A stretch of DNA of 64,000 bases from positions 29,724-93,723 of IMG/VR virus record IMGVR_UViG_3300030061_004132, one strand, 5' to 3'. Source of the stretch: a virus. Taxonomy: Duplodnaviria; Caudoviricetes. Within the stretch, counting starts at the first letter, position 1. Every line of letters starts with the position of its first letter. The notes below the pieces were generated by a model. The model had not been told where the DNA came from. It was given only the letters and a program-made list of their open reading frames with translations, and did no database searches. Below are positions 9,779 through 20,289 of the stretch, piece by piece. A program made the position numbers and the translations under genes.

Positions 9779-10552
9779 TTAGTTTTTTTTTTGGTCGTCC
9801 TCATCTTCAGGAGACTCTTCGGGCGCACTTTCAGGCTCAGGCTCAGGCTCTGGAGGGGCCTCTGGCTCATTACCCACCGCAGCCGCAGCAGTTGCCGCAG
9901 CAGCGCCGCCTACCTCGGGGCTAAAAAACCTTCTAAGTTTGCTTCCTTTCGGAAAAAGTTCTGCTACAGCATTACAAATAGTTTCTCTAAGTTCATTCGC
10001 AAGAGCCTCCACAACACGAGCACTTTTGACAGCTTCACTAAACTGGTCAATCATAATCACGCCCCATGAGGTATTTTTATCGGCCCCAAGCTGTGTAGGT
10101 AGAGTTTTTGCGGCTAAGAATACAGAGGCCTGTGCAATGGCTTCTGCAATTTCTTGACAAGCAGATTCCTCACCTCTCCAAATTTGTAAAAGTTCACGAA
10201 ATTCTATTTCTGCTACGAAAGCAGCAACAGCCGCCCTAACATCCGGATTTTTTATACCCAACATGCCGACAAGCTTACCAAAAAACCAACGTTTTAAACC
10301 ATTTAAGACACCCTCGTATGTGCGCCCTGGGCCACCTGCTGTCATACCAAGAAGGCCTGCAATGGTTGAACTAAGAGATTCATTCATAAGTGACAAACGA
10401 TCAGTAAAATCCTCTATACTACTAGATTCTGATAACAAAGAAACCAAAATCCTATCTTCTTTGGTTATATTGCTTCTCATATTTTCAATTATAATCTGAT
10501 TTCTAATTTCGCTTGATATCAAACTACGCAAATTTTCTTCGGTGAGTATCAT
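9779..10552 (-). CDS. hypothetical protein (probable virion internal protein)
   Basis: MILTEENLRSLISSEI N-terminus; late motif at 10575-10582. Confidence 0.6.
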   Translation of the reverse strand: MILTEENLRSLISSEIRNQIIIENMRSNITKEDRILVSLLSESSSIEDFTDRLSLMNESLSSTIAGLLGMTAGGPGRTYEGVLNGLKRWFFGKLVGMLGIKNPDVRAAVAAFVAEIEFRELLQIWRGEESACQEIAEAIAQASVFLAAKTLPTQLGADKNTSWGVIMIDQFSEAVKSARVVEALANELRETICNAVAELFPKGSKLRRFFSPEVGGAAAATAAAAVGNEPEAPPEPEPEPESAPEESPEDEDDQKKN

Positions 10553-10588
10553 AATATTCTTCCTTCTAATATATTAAATAGTAATTAA

Positions 10589-11311
10589 TTACTTGTATTC
10601 CATATAAAATGGAAATTTATCAAGAATGCCAAAAACAGCTATTACATGCTTACACACCTTGTTAATTCTATTGGGGTCTCTGACCACTGGGTCGGATGCT
10701 GTGCCTGCGGGGGTCTGGTACTGATAATTCCCAGCCTTTGCGTTGTATTCGGGTCCACCCCACTTAAAAAATGGACAGGTACATGAGACTTGTATGTCCG
10801 CCCTGTTAATATCTCTTAGATTGCCTCTTTTTAAGCCTTTTAAAGTTGTTATATACGAGCTTTTAGAGTTTGGTGGACATTTTTTATCGCCCTGTGCTCT
10901 ACATCCCGGCACATTAAATTTCCACAAGCCTTGATCAGGTCGAGCATACACTAGCCTTATCCTGGGGGATCTATCTGGGTTTTCTATTTCTTGATCATAT
11001 GGGTCGTTATTAGACGGCGACGGTGCTCCTCGGCCCACAATCACAGGGTTTGTAACACTACGAACGTCAGAATAGGTAGCCTCATTTAATAAAACACCCC
11101 TTCGAAGAAGTATTCTATTAGTTTGGGACTCAATATCGTAAAATTCATTTTCACATAAAGTGGTCAAAGAATTTTTTAAATTTTCAAATAAAAATCTTGG
11201 CATATCATGACCGTTACATACCCCACACGAATCAGAGTGATGTTCGTGTGGGGTATGTATAAAGTTTTTCCATGAATTTAATTCTTTGTTTTGCATTTTC
11301 TTATTATACAC
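10589..11311 (-). CDS. SWIM zinc-finger protein
   Basis: VSCTCPFF...CKHVIAV. Confidence 0.75.
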   Translation of the reverse strand: MYNKKMQNKELNSWKNFIHTPHEHHSDSCGVCNGHDMPRFLFENLKNSLTTLCENEFYDIESQTNRILLRRGVLLNEATYSDVRSVTNPVIVGRGAPSPSNNDPYDQEIENPDRSPRIRLVYARPDQGLWKFNVPGCRAQGDKKCPPNSKSSYITTLKGLKRGNLRDINRADIQVSCTCPFFKWGGPEYNAKAGNYQYQTPAGTASDPVVRDPNRINKVCKHVIAVFGILDKFPFYMEYK

Positions 11312-11708
11312 CTGTTTTAAAAATTTGAAAAGTATATTTCATAGTTTCTGAGTTTTGAAGCAATTCTTCCCTATACCGGCCAGTCTTCTGTAGATCATCT
11401 ATGTCGTGGCCCCTACTCCTTGCATTAGAAAGAGCCTTCTTCATTGCCACTGATTTATCTATGGAGGTCCCCACACCGATTAACTCACCAGGTTCTTGTT
11501 CTGGGGCTGGCTCTTCGGATGGTTTCTTTTTCTTATGAAACAACTCTTGCATATCATCACTTGATGCGAGTGCTCGCTCTAAATCTAGCTTATGCTTCTT
11601 CCCCTCCGGGGTGTCGTCCCAGGTGCTCATAACAGCCTGAACTCGCTGTTGGAAGTCGTCTATCTCCTCAGCATCTCTTACTTCTTTAATTAATTTAATT
11701 TTAATCAT
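11304..11708 (-). CDS. hypothetical protein
   Basis: ORF track; coupled to neighbours. Confidence 0.55.
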   Translation of the reverse strand: MIKIKLIKEVRDAEEIDDFQQRVQAVMSTWDDTPEGKKHKLDLERALASSDDMQELFHKKKKPSEEPAPEQEPGELIGVGTSIDKSVAMKKALSNARSRGHDIDDLQKTGRYREELLQNSETMKYTFQIFKTGV

Positions 11709-12421
11709 TATTTATCTCCCGAAAATCCTGATAACCCTGTACTATTTAGGTGGAGTTCACCAAAACCGCCCCCTCCAGCCTTTCTTTTCATTCTTTGTCC
11801 TTCCACTAAAGAATATGAAATCTTTAAAGATGGACTACCAAGAAGTGACCCTGGGGCTATAATTGCAATCTCGTTACTTCTTGATGACGGCGTTGTACCA
11901 TCAACATCTAATTTTGATAACAAAAATATATTAAAATGACCCTTTTCCCTTATTACCTCATGCAAATGCTCTCTTAACCTGCCCTGAATTTTAATTTTGT
12001 TTACTCTACTAGCCCTTAGTGCTACAGCCCCAGGATTTCCTATCTGACCCCAGTCATTGAATTCACGACGATCACCCGTGCCGGTGGTTGTAATCGCTTT
12101 TGTATCAGCAAAAAGCATAATTTCATCGCCTCCCCGATCAGCGGCTATAATCGAACTAGGAAATAGAGACAATTCTGCATCTTCTAAGCGGAACCCCTGC
12201 TGAGGAATATCAAGACTGGTAAGATCAAAATTAAGATAGGCCCTAGCGCATGAAAAAGACCCATCACGATTAACATTGGCCTTTATAATAAGCCCACTCC
12301 TTGACGAGTCGCAGGTAGTACTACTAACTACAGTTCTCCAAGCATCTCGCCGCCCCCCGTCTAAGGTGTAAGTAAAGTTGCCGGTACCACCTTCCGACCG
12401 CCCTGAATGTAATCTACCCAT
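11708..12421 (-). CDS. virion structural protein (DNRLRE-like), paralog of 12443-13219
   Basis: RAYLNFDL...AELSL; shared C-terminal KRKAGGGGFGE. Confidence 0.55.
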   Translation of the reverse strand: MGRLHSGRSEGGTGNFTYTLDGGRRDAWRTVVSSTTCDSSRSGLIIKANVNRDGSFSCARAYLNFDLTSLDIPQQGFRLEDAELSLFPSSIIAADRGGDEIMLFADTKAITTTGTGDRREFNDWGQIGNPGAVALRASRVNKIKIQGRLREHLHEVIREKGHFNIFLLSKLDVDGTTPSSRSNEIAIIAPGSLLGSPSLKISYSLVEGQRMKRKAGGGGFGELHLNSTGLSGFSGDK

Positions 12422-12442
12422 TTATTTTTTCCTTTCATAATT

Positions 12443-13219
12443 TTACCTCTCACCCGCAAATCCTGACATAGAGGTTGAAGGAACATTGGTTTCACCAAAT
12501 CCACCGCCCCCTGCTTTTCTTTTGACTCTTATACCGGGCTTTCGCTCAAACCCAATAATAAATAACTCGGGGTTTTGGGCTGAAGAATGCGCTGTTGCAG
12601 CCAGTCTTACTCGGTTAAGCCCAGTAGGGTCGTCCTGATTGGCATGATCATAATCTAATTTTGGCAATAGTGCGATACCAATGTGGCCTGTAGCCCCTGT
12701 ATCACCACCGGCTGCTCTACGTAAACGATTTTGCAGAACTGTTCTTAAATTTCCGTCTATAACAACGTCCGCGACGGAGCCATTATCACCCAATACGGTT
12801 TCGGTTACGCTGGCAATGTTAAGATTTACTGCGTCATAATCCCCGACAACAAGAGAATCATCAGCTTGGCGATCTACATTTGCTAAGAAAGGCTTTAAGG
12901 TTCTTCCTATGTCCCCGTCGTCGCCAGCGTTACTTGCTACTGTCCTTATGCGTACAAAAGCGTGTCTAACAACAAAATTAGTTGAAACTTTTGGATCCAT
13001 ATCAAGATCAAAAAATAAAAACCCTCGGCCATTAATCCACCCCGAGTGGGTTTTGCGGGTGATCAGCGATATCGTCTCGGTGTCTGGCCCGTCCGAAGTA
13101 TTGCTGCCATCAATGCTCGCATCACCAACTATATCCACCCAATCGCCCGATGTAGCAGATTTACTAATTTGGCCATCATTTTCCACATCGGCTGAACATC
13201 GTTTAAAATTTCTTGGCAT
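12443..13219 (-). CDS. virion structural protein (DNRLRE-like)
   Basis: RGFLFFDL...NPEL; shared C-terminal KRKAGGGGFGE. Confidence 0.55.
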   Translation of the reverse strand: MPRNFKRCSADVENDGQISKSATSGDWVDIVGDASIDGSNTSDGPDTETISLITRKTHSGWINGRGFLFFDLDMDPKVSTNFVVRHAFVRIRTVASNAGDDGDIGRTLKPFLANVDRQADDSLVVGDYDAVNLNIASVTETVLGDNGSVADVVIDGNLRTVLQNRLRRAAGGDTGATGHIGIALLPKLDYDHANQDDPTGLNRVRLAATAHSSAQNPELFIIGFERKPGIRVKRKAGGGGFGETNVPSTSMSGFAGER

Positions 13220-13244
13220 AGAGTAAATACCTCATAATGTATAA

Positions 13245-13279
13245 TAATTAGTTCTTTGTCTTGTAAAACAAACTAATTA
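13245..13279. promoter_or_regulatory. divergent pair of late-promoter motifs (ACTAATTA)
   Basis: ACTAATTA on minus (13245-13252) and plus (13272-13279) at the strand switch. Confidence 0.65.
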
Positions 13280-13309
13280 AATTGGATATTTGTTTGTGGA
13301 GTGTGGTAT

Positions 13310-14185
13310 ATGAGTTTGTTATTAAAAGAATGGAAGACCTTTACTGAAAATAATAAAAACGCAGACTCTACCGCGATGTGGAATGCAAAAAGAATAGAAC
13401 AGTTAGCTAAAGCTGGGAATTGGCGCGACTGGAGTGAAGTATATCTAAAATTCTCACTAGAATGGGATTACAACAATGTGGACCAGACAGAAGAGCTAGA
13501 AGAAGTAATAAGCAAGATAGAACCAATGTCCAACAACAAGGTGGTAAGACTTCTCGGCGTAGGGACACAGGGAGTGGTATTTGAACTCGATAACGGGCAT
13601 GCATTAAAACTTTTTCGTAGAGGGTACTTAAGTTATGGCAACGTAGAGGGGGAAATGAATTTTTATTCCTCATCAAAGGAAAAACTTTTCACAAAAAAAG
13701 GCAAGCTTCACACACTCCCAGTGTACGATTACGGCAAAACAGACGATGGTTTATATTGGGTTGAAATGGCCAAATTGGTTCCACTGGACCATTATGCGGA
13801 AATGACTGGTAGAGAAGATCCAACTGGGCTCATGACACTGATAGTTGAATATCTGATTGAATTTGAGGATATGGAAACTGATGGGGATGGCTACCTGCAC
13901 GACGATGAAGAAGATCGTCAGGATTATGAAAATAAACGCAAGATACACATGCAATCAATAAAAAAACAAGCCGAAAAAGCACAACTTACTTTAAGAGAAC
14001 TGGGGTCACTAATCGATACAATTAAATCAGTGTATGATGAATATGGCGAGTCATATGTGTTAGATTTACACTCAGGAAATATGGGTGTGTTAGAAACATC
14101 AACCTTTAGGCACGGTGCGGCTCACGATAAGAAAAGAATAATGGACCCAACAAGAACACCTCGTTTTGTTCTTTTTGACCCATAG
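13310..14185 (+). CDS. protein kinase-like fold protein with N-terminal tag
   Basis: LLGVGTQGVVF glycine loop, ALK, DLHSGNMG catalytic loop, FVLFDP. Confidence 0.75.
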   Translation: MSLLLKEWKTFTENNKNADSTAMWNAKRIEQLAKAGNWRDWSEVYLKFSLEWDYNNVDQTEELEEVISKIEPMSNNKVVRLLGVGTQGVVFELDNGHALKLFRRGYLSYGNVEGEMNFYSSSKEKLFTKKGKLHTLPVYDYGKTDDGLYWVEMAKLVPLDHYAEMTGREDPTGLMTLIVEYLIEFEDMETDGDGYLHDDEEDRQDYENKRKIHMQSIKKQAEKAQLTLRELGSLIDTIKSVYDEYGESYVLDLHSGNMGVLETSTFRHGAAHDKKRIMDPTRTPRFVLFDP

Positions 14186-14197
14186 GATACAACAAAA

Positions 14198-14872
14198 ATG
14201 AAATTAATAATGGAAAACTGGAGAGGATTTATAAAAGAGAAGCTCGCGCTAAAGCCAGGCCCAAGGGGCTGGGACTTGTATGCGAACCTTGTCACAGAGG
14301 CCTATATGAAAGCTCCTGTTTTTGAAGATCGCGCTGCGCCGGCGTGGGAAGCCCTAATACCTTTTATAGATAAAATGTATAAGCAGATACAAACTCGTAT
14401 CGATATTGAACCTGTAGATTATCACCCTTATGATGTGGGTTTAGATGTTGATGTCACAGGTGCTGACAGGATGAGACAGTCCGTTGAGGATACGGGCAAA
14501 CTTCTAGTGTCAAAGTCAGACGCCGAGCACCCCATATTTGATGAAGAGACTAATGTTAAATTTAGAGCCGTACACGATTATATGACTCACATACAGCCAA
14601 AAATACCGGCGGGTTTCACATCTGCCAAAAAACAAGGGTCAATTCATCAGGAACTTCGTGCTTATAATATACATGCCAAGACTGTCCCTAAAGCTGCAAT
14701 ACCTGCATTGTTTACCGAAGTGGTTGGGCAAGTATGCACTTTCTATGTAACCGGAAAATTTCAAGAGCAGAAAGTGTGCATCTTAGACGGTTTTGATTAT
14801 ATTAATGTTGGTGTTGTTGACGGATATAATATAGTTAACAAGGAGCTTATTAAAAATGAAACTCCTGCTTGA
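14198..14872 (+). CDS. tagged hypothetical protein (FRAVHD motif)
   Basis: MKLIMENWRGFIKE tag. Confidence 0.7.
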   Translation: MKLIMENWRGFIKEKLALKPGPRGWDLYANLVTEAYMKAPVFEDRAAPAWEALIPFIDKMYKQIQTRIDIEPVDYHPYDVGLDVDVTGADRMRQSVEDTGKLLVSKSDAEHPIFDEETNVKFRAVHDYMTHIQPKIPAGFTSAKKQGSIHQELRAYNIHAKTVPKAAIPALFTEVVGQVCTFYVTGKFQEQKVCILDGFDYINVGVVDGYNIVNKELIKNETPA

Positions 14873-15290
14873 AACATGGCGTAAATATTTAAATGAGGAG
14901 AAGGTTGATCCTCAAATGAAAAAATATCTTGACGATCACCCCTATATGGAACCTGACGGCCTCCAAGAAGAACCAAAAAAAGGAACAGGGAAGAAACCAA
15001 AGGGATCCGGAAGGCGTCTTTACACGGACGAAGACCCAAGTGATACGGTATCGGTTAAATTTTCTACTGTTCAGGATATTAAAGACACCCTATCTAAATC
15101 TTCATTCAAGGCAAAATCTCACAAACGCCAGTCGCAAATAATTAATCTTATCCACCAAAGAGCACGCGCAGCCTATCAGAATGCCAAAGATCCAAAAGTA
15201 AAAGCTAGGCTTAAAAAATCTTTTGAGTACGCTAAAAAAAGAAAAGAGGCCTCCAAAGCCAAAACCAAACGGATGAATAAAAACAAATGA
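14856..15290 (+). CDS. tagged basic hypothetical protein
   Basis: MKLLLETWRKYLNE tag; RRLYTDEDP. Confidence 0.7.
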   Translation: MKLLLETWRKYLNEEKVDPQMKKYLDDHPYMEPDGLQEEPKKGTGKKPKGSGRRLYTDEDPSDTVSVKFSTVQDIKDTLSKSSFKAKSHKRQSQIINLIHQRARAAYQNAKDPKVKARLKKSFEYAKKRKEASKAKTKRMNKNK

Positions 15291-15796
15291 AACTTCTACT
15301 TGAAAACTGGAAAAAGTATTTACATGAAGCTTCTGTTGGGTCTGACCTGGCAAAGTCAATCGAATACACAGCTTTTTTTCTAGATCCTCAGCACGAGGGA
15401 ACAAAAAAATTAAAAGATATGATCCCTGGGGGTTGGAAGGAATACGCTGATCACATGACAATGATACCCCCGACAGATATGAAGCAAAGGGTATCCCCTA
15501 GTCAACTTGGCAAAGGCTGCATCAAAGTGGTTGGGATTGCAAAAGATGATAGGGTTATGGCTGGTCTAATTGAATTTACGGATGAATTTATGCTTTACTC
15601 AAAAAATAAGATATCACATATTACAATTGCAACAAGCAAAAAACCATTGCTCGGAACAAAAGACATAGGTTCCTCTCACTACTCTCCGGCCCTCTCAAAT
15701 GAATTTACAATGGATGATTTTGAGGATATAGAGCCTATAGAAGTGTGCGGTGAGGTAAAAGAAAAAATGCGCCAAAGCCCAGAGGACAAAGAATAA
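15287..15796 (+). CDS. tagged 2H phosphoesterase-like protein
   Basis: Two HxT motifs: DHMTM and SHITI. Confidence 0.65.
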   Translation: MKLLLENWKKYLHEASVGSDLAKSIEYTAFFLDPQHEGTKKLKDMIPGGWKEYADHMTMIPPTDMKQRVSPSQLGKGCIKVVGIAKDDRVMAGLIEFTDEFMLYSKNKISHITIATSKKPLLGTKDIGSSHYSPALSNEFTMDDFEDIEPIEVCGEVKEKMRQSPEDKE

Positions 15797-16638
15797 TGAA
15801 CAAATTATTTAAAAACTGGCGTGGGTATATTTTTGAGCAACAAGGTTCGTGGCTTGAAGATCTTAAGAAAGACCCCGGCGCGGTCTTAGATGAGACAAAA
15901 TTTAAAGAGGTGGGTACCGGCGCATTCCGAACAGCATACAAACCAATTGGAGTCGATGGTTATATTATTAAAGTCATTCAAAACCCTAGAGATACATTTA
16001 TGAATACTAAAGATGTAGAACTATCAAAAAAGTACCCCGATATAATCCCAAAAACATACGCCCATGGTCCATGCTATGAAAAAGATGGACAACAAAAGTG
16101 TGGTTACGAATGGATTATAATGGAAGAGGTTAAACCAATTGAGCTACAAGATAAAAATCTTTTTATAGAAATGATGAAGGTCAACTTTCCCGAAATAATA
16201 AATTTTTTAGTCACAGATGAAAAAGGAAAAAAAGTTTTGGAGAGATATATGGCTACTAGGGCTTTCTATATCATGGCTATTTGGGAATTAATTGTAGAAA
16301 GTATAAATCACGGCAGCCTCAAATACGGAGAATATTCTAGTGAGCAGAGGGCTAAAATCGAAGATGAACCCGAGTCTGTGCCACCAGGAACTCTAGACAT
16401 ACCCGATATGCCTATGATGGGAGAGCCAGGGAGTGAAGATGTTTCCTTTGTAAATTGGAAAGATATTCAAGAAATATACAAGAAAATCTTTGATATTGGG
16501 ATGAACAATAACGTTTACAGGCAACTATTTAAACTAGTTACTGTAGACGAGGCCGATATGTTTGACATAGGGCCAGGAAATATTGCTATCGACGATAAAT
16601 CAAACTTTAAAGTATTAGACACATCAATATTTAATTAA
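15796..16638 (+). CDS. tagged protein kinase-like protein
   Basis: VGTGAFRTAY, IIKV, WIIMEEV, DIGPGNI, KVLD. Confidence 0.7.
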   Translation: MNKLFKNWRGYIFEQQGSWLEDLKKDPGAVLDETKFKEVGTGAFRTAYKPIGVDGYIIKVIQNPRDTFMNTKDVELSKKYPDIIPKTYAHGPCYEKDGQQKCGYEWIIMEEVKPIELQDKNLFIEMMKVNFPEIINFLVTDEKGKKVLERYMATRAFYIMAIWELIVESINHGSLKYGEYSSEQRAKIEDEPESVPPGTLDIPDMPMMGEPGSEDVSFVNWKDIQEIYKKIFDIGMNNNVYRQLFKLVTVDEADMFDIGPGNIAIDDKSNFKVLDTSIFN

Positions 16639-16648
16639 GGAAAATAAA

Positions 16649-17761
16649 ATGAGCTTAACATTTAATCTAAATTCTCTTGAAGAGAAAAAGAAAAAAAAGA
16701 AGAAAAAAAAGAAGAGTGGCGGTAAGAAAGATGCCTGCTATCACAAGGTCAAGTCACGATACAAAGTTTGGCCATCGGCATACGCGTCAGGCGCTTTAGT
16801 CAAGTGTAGAAAAGTCGGTGCAAAGAACTGGGGTAGCAAAACTACCAAGGAAGAACTGGAGCTTTATGAAGGCAAAGAGAGCCTCGAAGCAAAAATTCGT
16901 GATGTCCTTATCAAAGAGGGTGGTGCTGCTGGTATGAAAGCCCTCAAGGAACAAACCAAACACACAGAAAAAGAAATCAAAGATGCAATCGAAGGTATGA
17001 AGGATGTAGTGCAACACGAACATGGTGATTACTATTTGGTAGAAGATAAAACTATCGATGAAGAGAACTTACACAAGTGGTTTAAAGATGGCGGTTGGAA
17101 GCAAGCCGGTGGAAAACACGATGGGAAACCTTGTGCCCGGCAACCCGGCCAAAAGACAACACCGAAATGCGTTTCCAGGTCAAAGTTTAAAAGCATGTCC
17201 AAGAAGCAGCGTGACAACGCAGCACGTAGGAAAAGAAAAAAAGATCCAAACCAACCGAAGAAAACTGGCGCTGCCAAACCAACTAATGTAAAGACAGACC
17301 CACAAAAAGAAAACCTTATCAAAAGGCTGGCAGATGAATTAATCAATGAAATGATTGAACAAGAACTGTCCGAGGTCTTCTCAGAAAAAAATATGGTTGA
17401 AGAATACCAAATGACTGAAGCTACCTACGAGGACGGCAGCCCAGTGGAAGAAGACTTTGGATTTTACGAAAATTTAGAGTCTTTGGAGGAAGCGGAATAC
17501 CAAGGTCGCAAAGTAAAATTAAATAAGATAATGCGTGGTGATGTTAAAAAGTTTAAAGTTTTTGTTAAGGATCCTAAAACAAAAAATGTCAAAAAGGTTA
17601 ATTTTGGCCACGGTGGTACAAGTGCAAAGAAGAAGGGTGAAAAAACTATGAAGATTCGTAAAAGTAATCCAAAGGCTCGTAAATCTTTCCGTGCTCGCCA
17701 TAACTGCGACAACCCAGGTCCTAAGACGAAAGCTCGGTATTGGTCTTGCAGGAAATGGTAA
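16649..17761 (+). CDS. Lys-rich multidomain phage protein (probable DNA-binding core protein)
   Basis: DACYHKVKSRYKVWPSAYASGALVKCRK and ARKSFRARHNC...RYWSCRKW modules seen in T4-like phage proteins. Confidence 0.7.
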   Translation: MSLTFNLNSLEEKKKKKKKKKKSGGKKDACYHKVKSRYKVWPSAYASGALVKCRKVGAKNWGSKTTKEELELYEGKESLEAKIRDVLIKEGGAAGMKALKEQTKHTEKEIKDAIEGMKDVVQHEHGDYYLVEDKTIDEENLHKWFKDGGWKQAGGKHDGKPCARQPGQKTTPKCVSRSKFKSMSKKQRDNAARRKRKKDPNQPKKTGAAKPTNVKTDPQKENLIKRLADELINEMIEQELSEVFSEKNMVEEYQMTEATYEDGSPVEEDFGFYENLESLEEAEYQGRKVKLNKIMRGDVKKFKVFVKDPKTKNVKKVNFGHGGTSAKKKGEKTMKIRKSNPKARKSFRARHNCDNPGPKTKARYWSCRKW

Positions 17762-18400
17762 ATGAAGCTTCTACTTGAAAAATGGCGAGGATATATAAAC
17801 GAAATATCATTTGACGCTGTTAGTGCGTTTGAATTTGACGATCGCCAATGGGAACACAAAGCATACGTATATAGATTTTCTGATCATGAAGATCAAACCT
17901 ATGAAGTAAAGTTCAATCCAATGGATAGAGGTAGCATCATTAGTTGGGATATTGATTATAAGGTAGAAGGTGGCGAATACTATGAATTAACGGGCAAAAA
18001 TATAGTTGTGAAAGTAATGGCCACAGTAGCCCAGATTGTAATGGACTTTATTAAAAGACCCGATCGCCCAGTTGAACAACAAAAAAGAATTTTTTACTTT
18101 TCTGGGGCAATCGGACCTGGTGAGACCGACGCGTTCGCGGGTATATCTGCTGGGAAAAGAACTAGGCTTTACACACACATGCTTATGAAGATGCTCCCGG
18201 CAGGGTGGGATATGTCAGTAGATTCTAAAACACCAAATGCTATTTGGTTTTTTAACGAAAAAGAACTCGGCAATTTATCAGAAGATGAAGAAAGATTTAT
18301 TAGTAGTATGGGCGGGGACATAAAAGATATAAAGAACAAGATAAAAATGCCAGGTGTTCAGGGTATGCCAGGAGGTGAAGAAAATGAAGCTTCTATTTGA
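17762..18400 (+). CDS. tagged hypothetical protein
   Basis: MKLLLEKWRGYINE tag. Confidence 0.7.
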   Translation: MKLLLEKWRGYINEISFDAVSAFEFDDRQWEHKAYVYRFSDHEDQTYEVKFNPMDRGSIISWDIDYKVEGGEYYELTGKNIVVKVMATVAQIVMDFIKRPDRPVEQQKRIFYFSGAIGPGETDAFAGISAGKRTRLYTHMLMKMLPAGWDMSVDSKTPNAIWFFNEKELGNLSEDEERFISSMGGDIKDIKNKIKMPGVQGMPGGEENEASI

Positions 18401-20288
18401 AAATTGGCGTAGATATATATTAAATGAAATAACCCTAGATCAAGCTAGAGAGAGACTCGAAACCAAAGTAATTAAAAAAATAATTAAATCTTCAATATAT
18501 GACCTCAAACAAGAATACGGCGATCCCTTCAATCTCGCTGATGACGAACTTGAAGACATGGTGGTTTTTGAAAAACTCTTGGAAAGTGAAGCATATGTAA
18601 AGGTATTTGCAAAAATATACGGTTATGTTTTAGATAAAATTATAATGTCATTAGACCTAGATGATAGGGAAAAAGGAACGGCACTTAATTGGCTTATCTC
18701 TGTCAGTAGGACCGACAAAAAGATCCCGGACGCCGTCTACAGTGAAAATCCGCAAGAATTTTCGTATAATTTTGCACAAGCAATAACCTCTGAAATAATG
18801 CAATCAATTATTGATATTGCAGATTCGGCTGACGCTCGTGAAATTAAAGGACGGGCAGGACGGGCCAGCAAAATTTATGACATAAATTACTTGGCTGGTA
18901 TTGTAGATGATTCCTACGACCCCCGGTATCCCCCCTCTACAACGACACAATACTCAGTGGATTCCGAGGAATTCCAGATTAGAAATGATCTATTTAGAAA
19001 GTCAGCCCCATTCAAAGCCGTCGCCGCTGAAGTATACAGCGTCAGCCGTGATCATCTATACGAATATATTCGATATATAAAAGGCCCAATGGAAAAGTTC
19101 TTTCATTATCAACAGTTCATGCCGGAGAAAGATATAAACAAAATAAAAACATTTGAAGAGTTTGTAAAAAACACGGAAGATGCAAGTGACGCCATAGAAA
19201 GGTATCAAAATAAAAAATCTTATGAAGACGTTGACCAAGGCACTGAAATTTTTAGAGATGATGACGATTTCTTTATTGCTGCCATTCATAATAAAGGGGC
19301 TGCTTGTCATTGGGGCAAGGAAACTGACTGGTGTACAGCCGCACCGGGCTTAGATTATTTTAGGCAGTACTATAGTATAGCAAGCCCAATAATTGTTTTA
19401 ATTGATAAAAAAGCAAAGTTCATGTCTTCTGCGGGAAGGCCAGGCGGCCCGCATCGTAAATATCAATTTCATTATGCTACGGAACAATTTATGGATGCGA
19501 GAGACATGCTGGTTAAACAGCCGCAACAAAGTTATATACACCGCGAGATTATGAAAACGGACATACCACACAAGTATGCCAATATTAAAAGTGATTTCCT
19601 AGAGATGGTAAGCCAGTCCCGCGATTACTACTGGGCCTCGTATACCGATCTCGGGTGGCCAGCCCTCGATAAAGTACTTGTTGGAAAAATACCAAGTGGC
19701 CTTATGGTACTGTCGCGTCTTGAGGCAAGAGATCAGGCATATCAATACAACTATAAAGTGTACGAAAATTATATAACAAACAAGATCAAACAAAGAGACT
19801 TGGGAGCCATAACAACAATCATTATAGCTCGATATATTTTCGACGCTTTTGGCCTCTCCCTCTCCCCGGCGAGCAATAGGGGGCCTATGCTCATGGCCCA
19901 TCAATTTATATTAGACAACATAGAAGATGTGTTGGAAGCCATACCGGAAGACAAAGATTTCTTTAAAGCGTTCCCGAGGGAGGCTCAAAAGTCAGGCGTG
20001 CTCATGATGTCGTCGAAACTTTCAGCAGCGGCGGATTCTGTGGAATCGTTTCTTAGGAACAGGGAATACTATGAAAAACTACCAAATAATTTAAAGGAAA
20101 AGTATGTTAGATTAATAAATATAGCTGACGAAGCATCGCGAGAAACAACAAATGTATCCTGGGCTCGGTCAGCGCTCAGAACAATTGGCGTTCCGCAGGA
20201 TCGCCAAAATGGCGGCGAAGAAGAGAAAGAAGATAAAACAGAAATAACAGAAAGATGGAAAAAGCTTTCAGGAGTGAGGGGAAAATAA
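18384..20288 (+). CDS. large tagged hypothetical protein (ACHWG..TDWCTA motif)
   Basis: MKLLFENWRRYILNE at 18384 after GGAGG; C-terminal ERWKKLSG. Confidence 0.7.
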   Translation: MKLLFENWRRYILNEITLDQARERLETKVIKKIIKSSIYDLKQEYGDPFNLADDELEDMVVFEKLLESEAYVKVFAKIYGYVLDKIIMSLDLDDREKGTALNWLISVSRTDKKIPDAVYSENPQEFSYNFAQAITSEIMQSIIDIADSADAREIKGRAGRASKIYDINYLAGIVDDSYDPRYPPSTTTQYSVDSEEFQIRNDLFRKSAPFKAVAAEVYSVSRDHLYEYIRYIKGPMEKFFHYQQFMPEKDINKIKTFEEFVKNTEDASDAIERYQNKKSYEDVDQGTEIFRDDDDFFIAAIHNKGAACHWGKETDWCTAAPGLDYFRQYYSIASPIIVLIDKKAKFMSSAGRPGGPHRKYQFHYATEQFMDARDMLVKQPQQSYIHREIMKTDIPHKYANIKSDFLEMVSQSRDYYWASYTDLGWPALDKVLVGKIPSGLMVLSRLEARDQAYQYNYKVYENYITNKIKQRDLGAITTIIIARYIFDAFGLSLSPASNRGPMLMAHQFILDNIEDVLEAIPEDKDFFKAFPREAQKSGVLMMSSKLSAAADSVESFLRNREYYEKLPNNLKEKYVRLINIADEASRETTNVSWARSALRTIGVPQDRQNGGEEEKEDKTEITERWKKLSGVRGK

Positions 20289-20289
20289 A

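Noticed and set aside
16680-16715. Poly-A/Lys run as a frameshift site
   Set aside because: The frame stays open into a conserved basic module; no evidence for slippage.
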